Positions 1-11,282 of a stretch of DNA of 40,999 nucleotides are shown in pieces (the first letter of the stretch is position 1; each line of letters begins with the position of its first letter). The stretch is from Octopus bimaculoides (lineage: Eukaryota), in the NCBI RefSeq assembly GCF_001194135.2, contig NC_068985.1, positions 88,929,892 to 88,970,890 of the forward strand, read 5' to 3'. The notes under the pieces are model-generated. The model was not told where the DNA came from. It ran no database searches and saw only the letters and a list, made by a program, of their open reading frames with translations. The position numbers were made by a program, and so were the translations under genes.

Positions 1-208
1 CATACCGGAGAGGAAATGGAGTGTTATCGCTCCTAAGCCAGAAACGCGTCTATGATTAACTTCGACTGGTTGGTTTTCATTGTTTTTCTTCTTGTTTTGC
101 CTTTGTGAATTACAAGTAATGCTATCTGTTGGAGTCTCAGCTTTTTAGCTGCTATTTCTGAACTTCGGTATATGGTGAAGAGCAACTGTTTGTTGATCCC
201 TTAATTAT

Positions 209-250
<42 letters not shown>

Positions 251-1610
251 GATCGAAAGTTGAACAATGAAAGTACTTCATTTGGTGAGAGATAAATATT
301 ATTTATTTAAAGGGCACAATACATGTATTAATGCGCTACTACTAGTGACAAATGTGGCGAAAACTCAAACATATTCTTCAGTTGCAAACCACATATCAAA
401 ACAAAGTAACGAAAAAAATAAAAATATAGAAGAAACACGAAAAAACTAAGACTGCATATAGAAAACTCAGAAAGTAAACAACCGAAAACGAACAACAGAA
501 ATCGGAAAACGAAAGCAGAAAAGCTAAAATAAAAAAAAAAGATATAATGTAAGAAGATAAAAGAGCTACCCTCCTTGTAACTGAAATGATAATACAGGAA
601 AATATCAAGTCAGTCAGAAATATGTCGTATTTTCCAATTCTTCAAAATATATTTATACATATACTTGCAAAGAGTGAACATTTCTAAGCGAAATCGCTGC
701 TTGATAAAGCTATTGAATTCGTTAAATCATATGTGGTTATTTACCTTCTTGAAATAGATTTTATCAGGCACGCGAGGAAAACAGTATTCTTCAGTAATGG
801 ATTAGCATGGGGAAGAATGTCATGTAGTGACGATCTATTTTAGGTATTTATGGGGTCATATGTTAGTGCAGGCATCTATGGACTGCAGCAACGACTTATT
901 AACATCTTTATAGTTAACTTCAATTTTGTAAGAATATATGGTTTTGGAGTGATAGGGATTCTGTCTTATTCGCTCCGTTTTCAGCTATTCTTCATTTCCG
1001 CCTGTATCTCATTAAATATTTTTCCAAACTTATTCTACTTTTGCGGAAATATTGAAACAGAAAGATTAGGATTTTGATATGTCCTTTTGTCTACAAATCA
1101 GTATTTTTCTGTAGACTTATTTGCTATTTTCCTTGCTCGTTCTTTGTTTCTTTCCTTATCTTTTAGTGTGTCACGTAGTTTTGTGTATCTTCTTCTTCTT
1201 CTTCTTCTTCTTCTTTTGAAAATTTAAACTCTGTCTTCTCTTTTATATATATACATACACACACGCACAAACACACATACACAAACGCGCACATACGCGC
1301 GGGCATACAAACATATATATTTATATTTAAAAAAGAAAACAAGAGAAACTCCTATTTCACCTCAGATTAAAATGTGCACTTAGAAGTGCTCAGGTAATTC
1401 AGACATGTGACATATGATAAATATACAAGTGAGGATAACACCAGATAATTCAGTCCACACAAACAATAATCCAACTCGCTTTCATCAATAGAATTGATAT
1501 AGATGAATCACCAGAAGCACACACTTTTTATAAACAATACATTAAAATACATAAATACATAAAAAATATATATAAATATATAGATATATTAAAAATACAG
1601 ATATACATAA

Positions 1611-1673
1611 CTAGGCACAGGAGTGGCTGTGTATAGGCGCAGGTGTGGCGGTGTGGTAAGTAGCTTGCGTACC
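1611..1673 (+). mobile_element. tRNA-derived SINE family A, 5' head (box A), split by the 1674-3835 insertion; first ~22 nt of the head tandemly duplicated
   Basis: CTAGGCACAGGAGTGGCTGTGT followed by ATAGGCGCAGGTGTGGCGGTGTGGTAAGTAGCTTGCGTACC; box A-like TGGCGGTGTGG at 1646-1656; the SINE resumes at 3836. Confidence 0.8.
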
Positions 1674-3835
1674 GAAAGGACGTGTTTATTGTCGCTCCGG
1701 TTTCACGTCGCTGAATGCCAGCGTGGTGAATTTTTGACGTACAACTACAGGTAGGACTTTTGTGTTTTTTGGGATTTAGTGGGGGTTTGTTGCTCGTGTT
1801 TATTTATGTTTATGTCGAGCAAGGAGTCTCCACTGAATTCCACGCATGTGTCTGCCTGTGAACTTAGTTTGTAAAAGTTTGTTGTTTTCAAGCCATGATT
1901 TGAAAACTACAAATAAATATTGTGAAATCTGTTTAAAAAAGAAAAGGAATTTATTGTTTTCAAACCAAGTTTTGAAAGCTAATAAATTTGAAGAAAAGTC
2001 TTCTTCTTGCTTTGAACTACACCACGTGGAACGACGCAAAGGATTTAATTTTTACAAGCAAAGTGACGATTGCAGCGGAGCCTGGATCAAATGGGGCCGG
2101 AGTACCGTTGTGGCCTGAAAATTTGTTATTCTGCCTGGAACTTTATATTTTATTTATTCTTTCTGAACTGTTGTATTTCGTTTCTCCTTTTATGAACTGT
2201 TTTTAGTACGAACTGTTAATTTTATTTCTTCCGCTTGTTTTAACTGTTTTCTCTTTTTGCCTGTTTTTAAAATTTTCATTGTTTAATTTTTATGTGGACA
2301 TTTTTATCATGGCAGAGAACATAAAGAAAAATAAGGCCACTGCTGTGGAGTGGGAGATTATCCCACCCAAGAAGTGGTTAAATGATTTCAGGGAAAGAAC
2401 GGTGGTGTTGCGGACCTACGCTAGGTTACTCGACATCATTACGGTATTTCCCAAAGTGGAAATTGAAAAAGAGTTAGCAGAATATCTGCCAACTATTAAG
2501 TTTATGGTAAGGGGGGTAAAATACGCGACGGTTTGGTTGCTATTTGACACCCCTGAGGTGGCTCGCAAGTTTGCGAGCCAGCCCTTAGAAGGGGAAAAAA
2601 TTCTGTTTCTTCCCACATATTTACTAGAGCTTGGATCTGTGAGCGGCCACCCGGTATAGAACCTGATTGGATAGAATATACTATACGACGGGGGCTGGGG
2701 GGCAGTGGAGCCAAGCTCTTAAATGTGAAAATGTTACCNNNNNNNNNNNNNNNNNNNNNNNNNNNNNNNNNNNNNNNNNNNNNNNNNNNNNNNNNNNNNN
2801 NNNNNNNNNNNNNNNNNNNNNNNNNNNNNNNNNNNNNNNNNNNNNNNNNNNNNNNNNNNNNNNNNNNNNNNNNNNNNNNNNNNNNNNNNNNNNNNNNNNN
2901 NNNNNNNNNNNNNNNNNNNNNNNNNNNNNNNNNNNNNNNNNNNNNNNNNNNNNNNNNNNNNNNNNNNNNNNNNNNNNNNNNNNNNNNNNNNNNNNNNNNN
3001 NNNNNNNNNNNNNNNNNNNNNNNNNNNNNNNNNNNNNNNNNNNNNNNNNNNNNNNNNNNNNNNNNNNNNNNNNNNNNNNNNNNNNNNNNNNNNNNNNNNN
3101 NNNNNNNNNNNNNNNNNNNNNNNNNNNNNNNNNNNNNNNNNNNNNNNNNNNNNNNNNNNNNNNNNNNNNNNNNNNNNNNNNNNNNNNNNNNNNNNNNNNN
3201 NNNNNNNNNNNNNNNNNNNNNNNNNNNNNNNNNNNNNNNNNNNNNNNNNNNNNNNNNNNNNNNNNNNNNNNNNNNNNNNNNNNNNNNNNNNNNNNNNNNN
3301 NNNNNNNNNNNNNNNNNNNNNNNNNNNNNNNNNNNNNNNNNNNNNNNNNNNNNNNNNNNNNNNNNNNNNNNNNNNNNNNNNNNNNNNNNNNNNGTACTAA
3401 GGATCCGGACTGGCCTCCGCAGGTGTCTACGGCGGTCGCGTCAAGTAGGCACTTAAGTGCGTTGGTGAATTCCCTCCCCTTCTGTGAATTCAGTATTGAA
3501 AAGTGGCCCGACCCAGACCCATCGTTTTGCTTGAGAGAAGCGAAGGCGATATCGGGCGAAAAAACCTAAGAGGACGAGTGCCTCATATTGTGTAATGAAA
3601 AATCGTAAGAAGCAAATGCCTTAATTTATGACTTTTTATGTACGAGGTTCATAGCCTCCATGTGAAAATTTAATTTTATAAAGAACAGTGTTATAGAGAA
3701 GCAAAGTTTGGCGGGCGGCTTTTGCCTTCTCTCATTATATCATCATATTTATCATCCATTTCATCTCATTAATGTTTTTGTCCAGCCTGTAGCTACACTC
3801 TGTGTACTGCCTTTACGCAAGATTGAAATGAAATA
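1674..3835 (+). mobile_element. Non-LTR retroelement-like insertion (5'UTR, ORF1-like ORF, 3'UTR, (GAAAT)n tail) with 16-bp TSD; possibly an ORF1-only non-autonomous element
   Basis: AAGTAGCTTGCGTACC (1658-1673) and AAGTAGCTTGCTTACC (3836-3851) match 15/16 and flank the insert; removing it restores a continuous SINE; ends in TTGAAATGAAAT; contains a 655-N gap (2739-3393). Confidence 0.8.
2309..3569 (+). pseudogene. LINE ORF1-like protein (RRM-like N-terminal region), frameshifted near 2620, middle lost in gap
   Basis: ATG at 2309 gives MAENIKKNK...RTVVLRTY...LFDTPEVARKFASQPL...LFLPTY; after a shift it continues TRAWICERPPGIEPDWIEYTIRRGLGGSGAKLLNVKML into the gap; post-gap frame TKDPDWPPQVS...ISGEKT* stops at 3569. 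ORF1 identity and joining across the gap are inferred. Confidence 0.55.
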
Positions 3836-4190
3836 AAGTAGCTTGCTTACCAACCACATGGTTCCGGGTTCAGTGCAACTGCGTGGTGCTTTGGGCAAGT
3901 GTCTTCTACTATAGCATCGGCAGATCAAAGACGTGTGAGTGGATTTGGCAGACGGAAACTGAAAGAAGCCCGTCATATATATATTCATATATGTGTGCAT
4001 TTGTGTGTGTAAGTGTGTGTGTCTGTGTTTGTCTCACTAACATCGCTTGACATCCGATGCTAGTGTGTTTACGTCCCCGTATCTTAGCGGTTCGGCAAAG
4101 ACACTGATAGGATTACAAAGAATAACTCTTAGGATAGATTTGCTCGACTAATGGCGGTACCCCTGGCATGGTCGCACTCAAATAATTGAA
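3836..4190 (+). mobile_element. tRNA-derived SINE family A, remainder (box B, body, internal TA/TG microsatellite, 3' part)
   Basis: Box B-like GGTTCAGTGC at 3867-3876; body GGGCAAGTGTCTTCTACTATAG...GGAAACTGAAAGAAGCCCGTC...GCGGTTCGGCAAA...GGCATGGTCGCACTCAAAT, shared with the copies at 17695-18200, 30285-30410 and 32532-32675. Confidence 0.85.
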
Positions 4191-5153
4191 TCAAATATAT
4201 GAATAAATACATTAAAATTATATATGGTATCTGATACGTTGAATATTAAAAGGATATAAGNNNNNNNNNNNNNNNNNNNNNNNNNNNNNNNNNNNNNNNN
4301 NNNNNNNNNNNNNNNNNNNNNNNNNNNNNNNNNNNNNNNNNNNNNNNNNNNNNNNNNNNNNNNNNNNNNNNNNNNNNNNNNNNNNNNNNNNNNNNNNNNN
4401 NNNNNNNNNNNNNNNNNNNNNNNNNNNNNNNNNNNNNNNNNNNNNNNNNNNNNNNNNNNNNNNNNNNNNNNNNNNNNNNNNNNNNNNNNNNNNNNNNNNN
4501 NNNNNNNNNNNNNNNNNNNNNNNNNNNNNNNNNNNNNNNNNNNNNNNNNNNNNNNNNNNNNNNNNNNNNNNNNNNNNNNNNNNNNNNNNNNNNNNNNNNN
4601 NNNNNNNNNNNNNNNNNNNNNNNNNNNNNNNNNNNNNNNNNNNNNNNNNNNNNNNNNNNNNNNNNNNNNNNNNNNNNNNNNNNNNNNNNNNNNNNNNNNN
4701 NNNNNNNNNNNNNNNNNNNNNNNNNNNNNNNNNNNNNNNNNNNNNNNNNNNNNNNNNNNNNNNNNNNNNNNNNNNNNNNNNNNNNNNNNNNNNNNNNNNN
4801 NNNNNNNNNNNNNNNNNNNNNNNNNNNNNNNNNNNNNNNNNNNNNNNNNNNNNNNNNNNNNNNNNNNNNNNNNNNNNNNNNNNNNNNNNNNNNNNNNNNN
4901 NNNNNNNNNNNNNNNNNNNNNNNNNNNNNNNNNNNNNNNNNNNNNNNNNNNNNNNNNNNNNNNNNNNNNNNNNNNNNNNNNNNNNNNNNNNNNNNNNNNN
5001 NNNNNNNNNNNNNNNNNNNNNNNNNNNNNNNNNNNNNNNNNNNNNNNNNNNNNNNNNNNNNNNNNNNNNNNNNNNNNNNNNNNNNNNNNNNNNNNNNNNN
5101 NNNNNNNNNNNNNNNNNNNNNNNNNNNNNNNNNNNNNNNNNNNNNNNNNNNNN

Positions 5154-5194
<41 letters not shown>

Positions 5195-5669
5195 ATTTGT
5201 ATGTATGTGAATTTGTGTATGCATATGAATATGTATATATATATCCATATACCTACATGTGGATCCAAATATCTCTATATGTCTATACAGCTTCAAATTG
5301 TCCTGCATAGATTAGTAACCGTTGCAATCGCAGCTCTATTATAATACTGATGCAGTTTCTTCGGGGTCTTCAATTTAACATGCTGTGATTCAACTCATTA
5401 AAGCTTTTCGTTTATTTACTCTGCGTTGTATGAATCAGTCTTGTTCGTTAATTTTGACATGAATTTAAGTATTTATTGGATAATCACTAATAGCCACTTA
5501 TTTCAAAATATTCTGTCCTTATATGTTTATTATTCATTTATATTGAGCAAAGGCAAATTTCCTCATTTTCAAGCTTCTGAAGGTTTGTTCTTCTCTAAAA
5601 TGTGTTATCTTATCCTTAGATGTAAAAATGTGTGGGTATATATGTGTGTGTATATATGTGTGTGTGTAC

Positions 5670-5706
<37 letters not shown>

Positions 5707-6258
5707 TATNNNNNNNNNNNNNNNNNNNNNNNNNNNNNNNNNNNNNNNNNNNNNNNNNNNNNNNNNNNNNNNNNNNNNNNNNNNNNNNNNNNNNNNNNNN
5801 NNNNNNNNNNNNNNNNNNNNNNNNNNNNNNNNNNNNNNNNNNNNNNNNNNNNNNNNNNNNNNNNNNNNNNNNNNNNNNNNNNNNNNNNNNNNNNNNNNNN
5901 NNNNNNNNNNNNNNNNNNNNNNNNNNNNNNNNNNNNNNNNNNNNNNNNNNNNNNNNNNNNNNNNNNNNNNNNNNNNNNNNNNNNNNNNNNNNNNNNNNNN
6001 NNNNNNNNNNNNNNNNNNNNNNNNNNNNNNNNNNNNNNNNNNNNNNNNNNNNNNNNNNNNNNNNNNNNNNNNNNNNNNNNNNNNNNNNNNNNNNNNNNNN
6101 NNNNNNNNNNNNNNNNNNNNNNNNNNNNNNNNNNNNNNNNNNNNNNNNNNNNNNNNNNNNNNNNNNNNNNNNNNNNNNNNNNNNNNNNNNNNNNNNNNNN
6201 NNNNNNNNNNNNNNNNNNNNNNNNNNNNNNNNNNNNNNNNNNNNNNNNNNNNNNNNNN

Positions 6259-6326
<68 letters not shown>

Positions 6327-6348
6327 AATAATAATAATAATAATAATG

Positions 6349-6424
<76 letters not shown>

Positions 6425-6446
6425 GAAGAAGAAGAAGACGAAGAAG

Positions 6447-6476
<30 letters not shown>
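6259..6476. repeat. Compound trinucleotide microsatellite (GAT)n(AAT)n(AAG)n
   Basis: Read directly; abuts gap 5710-6258; source of the poly-D/N/K/M/I/R ORFs. Confidence 0.98.
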
Positions 6477-6477
<1 letters not shown>

Positions 6478-7394
6478 GACAATTTCGAAGTGGAAATAAG
6501 AAAAGTATTTCTGATCATTTTAATTTAAGGAGTACATTTTTTACGCCTTATGTAATTAGATATATACACATACAGGCACCTGTTTAACATGTATCTTCGT
6601 AAATATACACTTACACATACTCCTATATGTATGTGTCCGTGTGTGTTTGTGTGTGTGTGTATGTATGTGCGTTTGTGCGTATGTGTTTATGTTCGTCTGT
6701 GTGTGATTGAGACAGTGTATATATTTACCTATTTGTGAATTTTTATGGAAGAAATGGGAGCTTGCACTATATTTAAGATGGATAAAAAATCTACAACAGA
6801 AATAATAAAGAAAAGTATTGAACTTATTGACTTAACGAAGTGTAAACAAACGACGAATTATCGATTTTTTCATTAAAATTCTTCATTGTTTGGAGTGTCA
6901 ATTTTTTTTCTAAAACAAGACATATTAAAGTTGTGCACACAGTTTGAAATGCAAGATTGAACAGCATCAAACTTTCTGTTTGCTTCTCTAACTCATGCTC
7001 TCCATCTTTTATGCATTCTCCTCACTGTTTACCATCATCGTCTTTGTCAATATCACCATTGTTATCATCATTATTTACAGTTATTTTCCTCAAAGCTGAC
7101 ATCAATAACATCGCCATTATCGTCGTCATCGTCGCCATTACATTCATTATTAGCATCAGTTAAAACAAAGAACAACAACTATTGACGCATAAACGACAAT
7201 ATTGCACCCATATTCCGTTGCTAAGATATTTGTTGAAGGTTTTTCAACACTGTCTGTATTGTACATAATCCGTTGCTGCACAGTCTGGCTTTTACCAAAA
7301 ATAATTCCTGAGTTGTATTCTTCAACACAGTTTAAAAAAAAAAATTCTGCAATCGTGCTTTAATAATCACTTGTCTTGTATTTCTTTGTAACTA

Positions 7395-7460
7395 AAGCAG
7401 TGATTTACCAGAATTGTTACACGCCGGGCAAAATGTTTAACGACTTTTTATTCGTCTTTG
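7395..7460 (+). mobile_element. SINE family B head fragment
   Basis: AGAATTGTTACACGCCGGGCAAAATGTTTAACGAC resembles AGAATCGTTAGTACCCCGGGCAAAATGCTTAGCGG of the copy at 9640. Confidence 0.55.
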
Positions 7461-8784
7461 GTTTAGCCTTCATTCACAACTGTTCTGAACTACAATTTTA
7501 AGATTTTATGTTCCCACACGCTCTATGTTCCCTTGCTTTTTGCATTTTTCAATTTCACAAGTTGTTCATACAGTTGTGTTTCACGGACGTGACGTTTACG
7601 TTTATGCCACCTAAATAGACGCCCTATGTATTTTCAAAAAGTTAGGCCGAATATAGATTTTTTTTTTTTAATGATACTACTGTAAACCTTACCAAATTTT
7701 TTACGACGTATCTTTAGTATTTTGACAGGTGTTTTCGTCCTGCAAAGAATATTTCATGGGTTATAGCAAATGTTCTTCACTTCATTATAGGTTTCTCATG
7801 TTTTCAATATGAAATCTGTCTCAAGAAAACACAGTTGTAACCTACTTTGCAAGTAGAATTCTTAAAAAAATTTCTTGAACTTATAGACTCTAAATACAAA
7901 CTATAATATTCTTAAATCAGGAGGCATTGCTTCCTATCTCTGACATCAGGCTGGTTTTCGTAAATAAATATTAATTTCTCTAAACATTTGTTCAGTATTT
8001 TTATGAATGTTTGCCGAGTATTTATAATAACTGTATTAGAAATGTTAAAGGAACCAAGTTAGGAATCGTCGACTTGATTTGGGAGGATTAGAATAAATCT
8101 GAAGATGCTAATGATGATCAATCTGTTGCTAACATAAAAAACACATATTAATTGTTATGTTGGTGCTGCTAACGAAGATTCTGCTGCTACTAAAAATAAA
8201 TGCAAACATATTTATCATGTACATATCGCTAATGATAATTAAGATAATGCTAATAATAAAAGCTAAATTTCTTAATTATGTTGATGTTTGTAATGATCAT
8301 AGCGATGACGATTCTAATGACTGTATACAATAAAATATGATTTAGCATTATATGAAAAATGATGTCAAAAGCTACGTAAATAACGATGGCGATGATGATA
8401 TTTTTACGATAATATGATGAAAAGATAAGAGAAAATATTAGAAGATAGAGTCTATGAGGAATCGGGTAACCATTATGATTGTCAAGATAATTAAGATGAA
8501 CATAATTGTTGGGTAATCATCGTTTGTACTCATCAAAGTATGGTTACGAACAGGACGAGTAGAAAAATAAGGCTGGTTGAGATGTTGATACTGATAAAAT
8601 ATACAAAACTACAAACTGAATTCAACACATAAATTAAAATACATTTAGCAAACTATTTATTTAAACATAAAATTTACAGAATTAAATGACATTAATTTGA
8701 AATGCGATGATAGACATGCCGTGTAAGTATGATATATGTCACGTGAAAATCGTAGCCCACATTGCAATAATATCAATAACGCTG

Positions 8785-9029
8785 GAAGGCGGCAAAGGCG
8801 GCGCGCTGGCAGAAACGTTAGCACGCCGGACGAAATGCTTAGCGGTATTTCGTCTGCCGCTACGTGCTGAGTTCAAATTACGCTGAGATCGACTTTGCCT
8901 TTCATCCTTTCGGGGTCGATTAAATAAGTACCAGTTACGCACTGGAGTTAAAATAATCTTCTTAATCAGTTTGTTTGCCAGTGTTTGTCCCCTCTGTGTG
9001 TAGCCTCTTGTGGGCAGTAAAGAAATAAG
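8785..9029 (+). mobile_element. tRNA-derived SINE family B, copy 1 (distinct 3' tail)
   Basis: Box A-like TGGCAGAAACG, box B-like GAGTTCAAATT, core CTTTGCCTTTCATCCTTTCGGGGTCGATTAAATAAGTACCAG, tail ...GTAGCCTCTTGTGGGCAGTAAAGAAATAAG. Confidence 0.9.
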
Positions 9030-9226
9030 AAACGTTAGCATGCTGGGTGAAATTCTTAGCGATATTTCGTCTGTACTTACCTTCTGAGTTCAAATTCCGC
9101 CGAGGTCGACTTTGCTTTCATCTTTTCGGGGTAGATAAATAAAGCATCAGTGGCGTACTTGGGTCGATCTAATCGACTAGTCCCCTCCCAAAAAATGTCG
9201 GGCCTTGTGCCTAGAATAGGGAAGAA
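9030..9226 (+). mobile_element. SINE family B, copy 2 (5'-truncated, directly behind copy 1)
   Basis: Starts AACGTTAGCATGCTGGGTGAAATTC; same core; tail CCCCTCCCAAAAAATGTCGGGCCTTGTGCCTAGAATAGG. Confidence 0.9.
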
Positions 9227-9234
9227 TAATGATG

Positions 9235-9456
9235 GAAGACGGCAAGTTGGCAGAGACATTAGCACGCCGGGCGAAATTCTTTGCGGTATTTCGTCTGTCT
9301 TTACGTTTTGAGTTCAAATTCCGCCGAGGTCGACTTTGCCTTTCTCATCTTTTCGGGGTAGCTAACCCTAAAACACCAGTTGCGTACTGGGGTCGATCCA
9401 ATCTACTTGCTCCTTCTGATAAAATGTCGGTCTTTGTGCCTAGAGAAGAAGAGAAA
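9235..9456 (+). mobile_element. SINE family B, copy 3
   Basis: GAAGACGGCAAGTTGGCAGAGACATTAGCACGCCGGGCGAAATT...GAGTTCAAATTCCGCCGAGGTCGACTTTGCC...TTTGTGCCTAGAGAAGAAG. Confidence 0.9.
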
Positions 9457-9639
9457 TATCAATAAGGATTGTAACAAAAAGTGAGATAAAACTAATAATA
9501 CTTCTCATTCTTCCAGTGTTAATTTGTCAAATATAATGAAAACCTGCATGACGATTCTGCGGTGATAATGCTGTCACAAAGGATAATCCTACAACTGCGA
9601 CTAATTATTTCTGTTGTTATTATTATCATTACTATTGTC

Positions 9640-9825
9640 AAAGGTGGCGACCTGGTAGAATCGTTAGTACCCCGGGCAAAATGCTTAGCGGTACTTCACC
9701 CGTCGTTCAAATTTCACCGAGGTCACCTTTGATTTTCATCTTTTCGGGTCGATAAATTAATTACCAGTTAAGTTCCGGAGGTGACGAGGTTGACTCTCCC
9801 TTTCCCTCAAATTCCAGGCCTTGAT
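9640..9825 (+). mobile_element. SINE family B, copy 4
   Basis: AAAGGTGGCGACCTGGTAGAATCGTTAG...TTTTCATCTTTTCGGGTCGATAAATTAATTACCAG...CAAATTCCAGGCCTTG. Confidence 0.85.
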
Positions 9826-10503
9826 ATCATTGCATGTGCTTCAATATTAGGCGGTTATGCTCTTATTTTGAAATACATTATTCTTCCGATTTCAATCTCC
9901 ATCTCCTTAAATTTGTTCAGTTTTTCGAACATTGTCACACACGCATTTTGGTTTGCAAGAGTTGCATCAATAATGAGAAAACAAGTCTTTTCAATAGGAT
10001 TTTTAAATATATTACATTGTAATTTTTCTTCTATTTTGCTGACGCAGGCGATGATAATTATTCTTTCATGGAATACGGTAAGCGGGTAGCATAATGCTGA
10101 TAATGTGGATTAAGAACATAACATGAAAATGCTTATGAGTATACTGCCAGTAATAATTCAGATGAGATTGTTGGAGAGAAAGCTGATCACAAAATGTACA
10201 TACGAATAGGCAGCGAATGGCTCTCCACTTCACATAAATACCAGATCTCATCCAAGGTCTCTCAACACACTCATAATTTAATCAGCTTTTAGGGTGACAA
10301 AACTTCCACAGAGGATAAAGGATTTTCGGTCAACTTTGTTCATAAACTCCTCTATTACAGACATAAATGCTGAATATGATTTCATATACTTTCCCCTTTA
10401 ATGACGCTCTATATACTAAACATAATTAATAAACACAGGCCTTGCTTTCCGATCTAGACAATCGTATTTGTATATATTATTCGTCAATATTTAACTCAGA
10501 AAT

Positions 10504-10684
10504 AAGACGGCTGACAGAATCGTTAGCAGCATTTCATCCAAGTTTACTCTCAAGAGACGCCGAGGTCTCTTTCGTATTTTCTCGGTCCATGCAATAGGTA
10601 CTATTTGAGCTCTGGTACCAGTATAAATGATTTCTCCCCACTTCTCTGAAATTACTAGCGGTCCGTCAAAATTCGAAATCAATT
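10504..10684 (+). mobile_element. SINE family B, degraded copy
   Basis: AAGACGGCTGACAGAATCGTTAGC...CGCCGAGGTC...AAAATTCGAAATCAAT; internal deletions. Confidence 0.6.
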
Positions 10685-11226
10685 GTTAACTCAGAATTTT
10701 TGAAACGTGCACACACAGTGCTGCAATTGCTCACTTTTAAAATTTCTAAGCTAATTTCGTACAAACCAAGCCAATGATAAAAATATTAGCCGATATTATG
10801 ATGGTGTTAATACACATAAAGATGTTATGGCGTCACCTCTGTTAATTTACAAGTATTGTACTTTAATTCATTTTACGTGTACTTCAGTATTGTGTTAAAC
10901 CAATTCTCTCACGCAATCTATTTAAAGCTACCCCTACAATCCACAATCACAATGCTCTATCATATTCTTACTTTAATTCTCTCAGCCTGTCTAAATCTCA
11001 AGTTTAATGCTAATATTAAAGAATTTGATATTTATCTCTACTATTTCTCCGATGAACGTCTTATGAAGTTAATAAATGCAATATAGCGTATGCATACAAA
11101 CATATGTGTGTATGGAGTTGATTAAATGTTCATGTATATGCGTATATGTGTGTGTGTGTATGAGGGGGGAAGCGTGATTTGGGCAGCTATAAAGTGAACT
11201 CTGTATATGTGCTCGTGGATGACATC

Positions 11227-11282
<56 letters not shown>

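Noticed and set aside
1-210. Possible repeat or ribozyme-bearing terminus before the (TA)n at 212
   Set aside because: No second copy in the window and no intact CUGANGA/GAAA core.
4178-6528. Long ORFs of 278-376 aa (also 22033-22479, 24439-25352, 30923-31440, 32826-33692)
   Set aside because: They are open only because of N gaps and dinucleotide/trinucleotide repeats.
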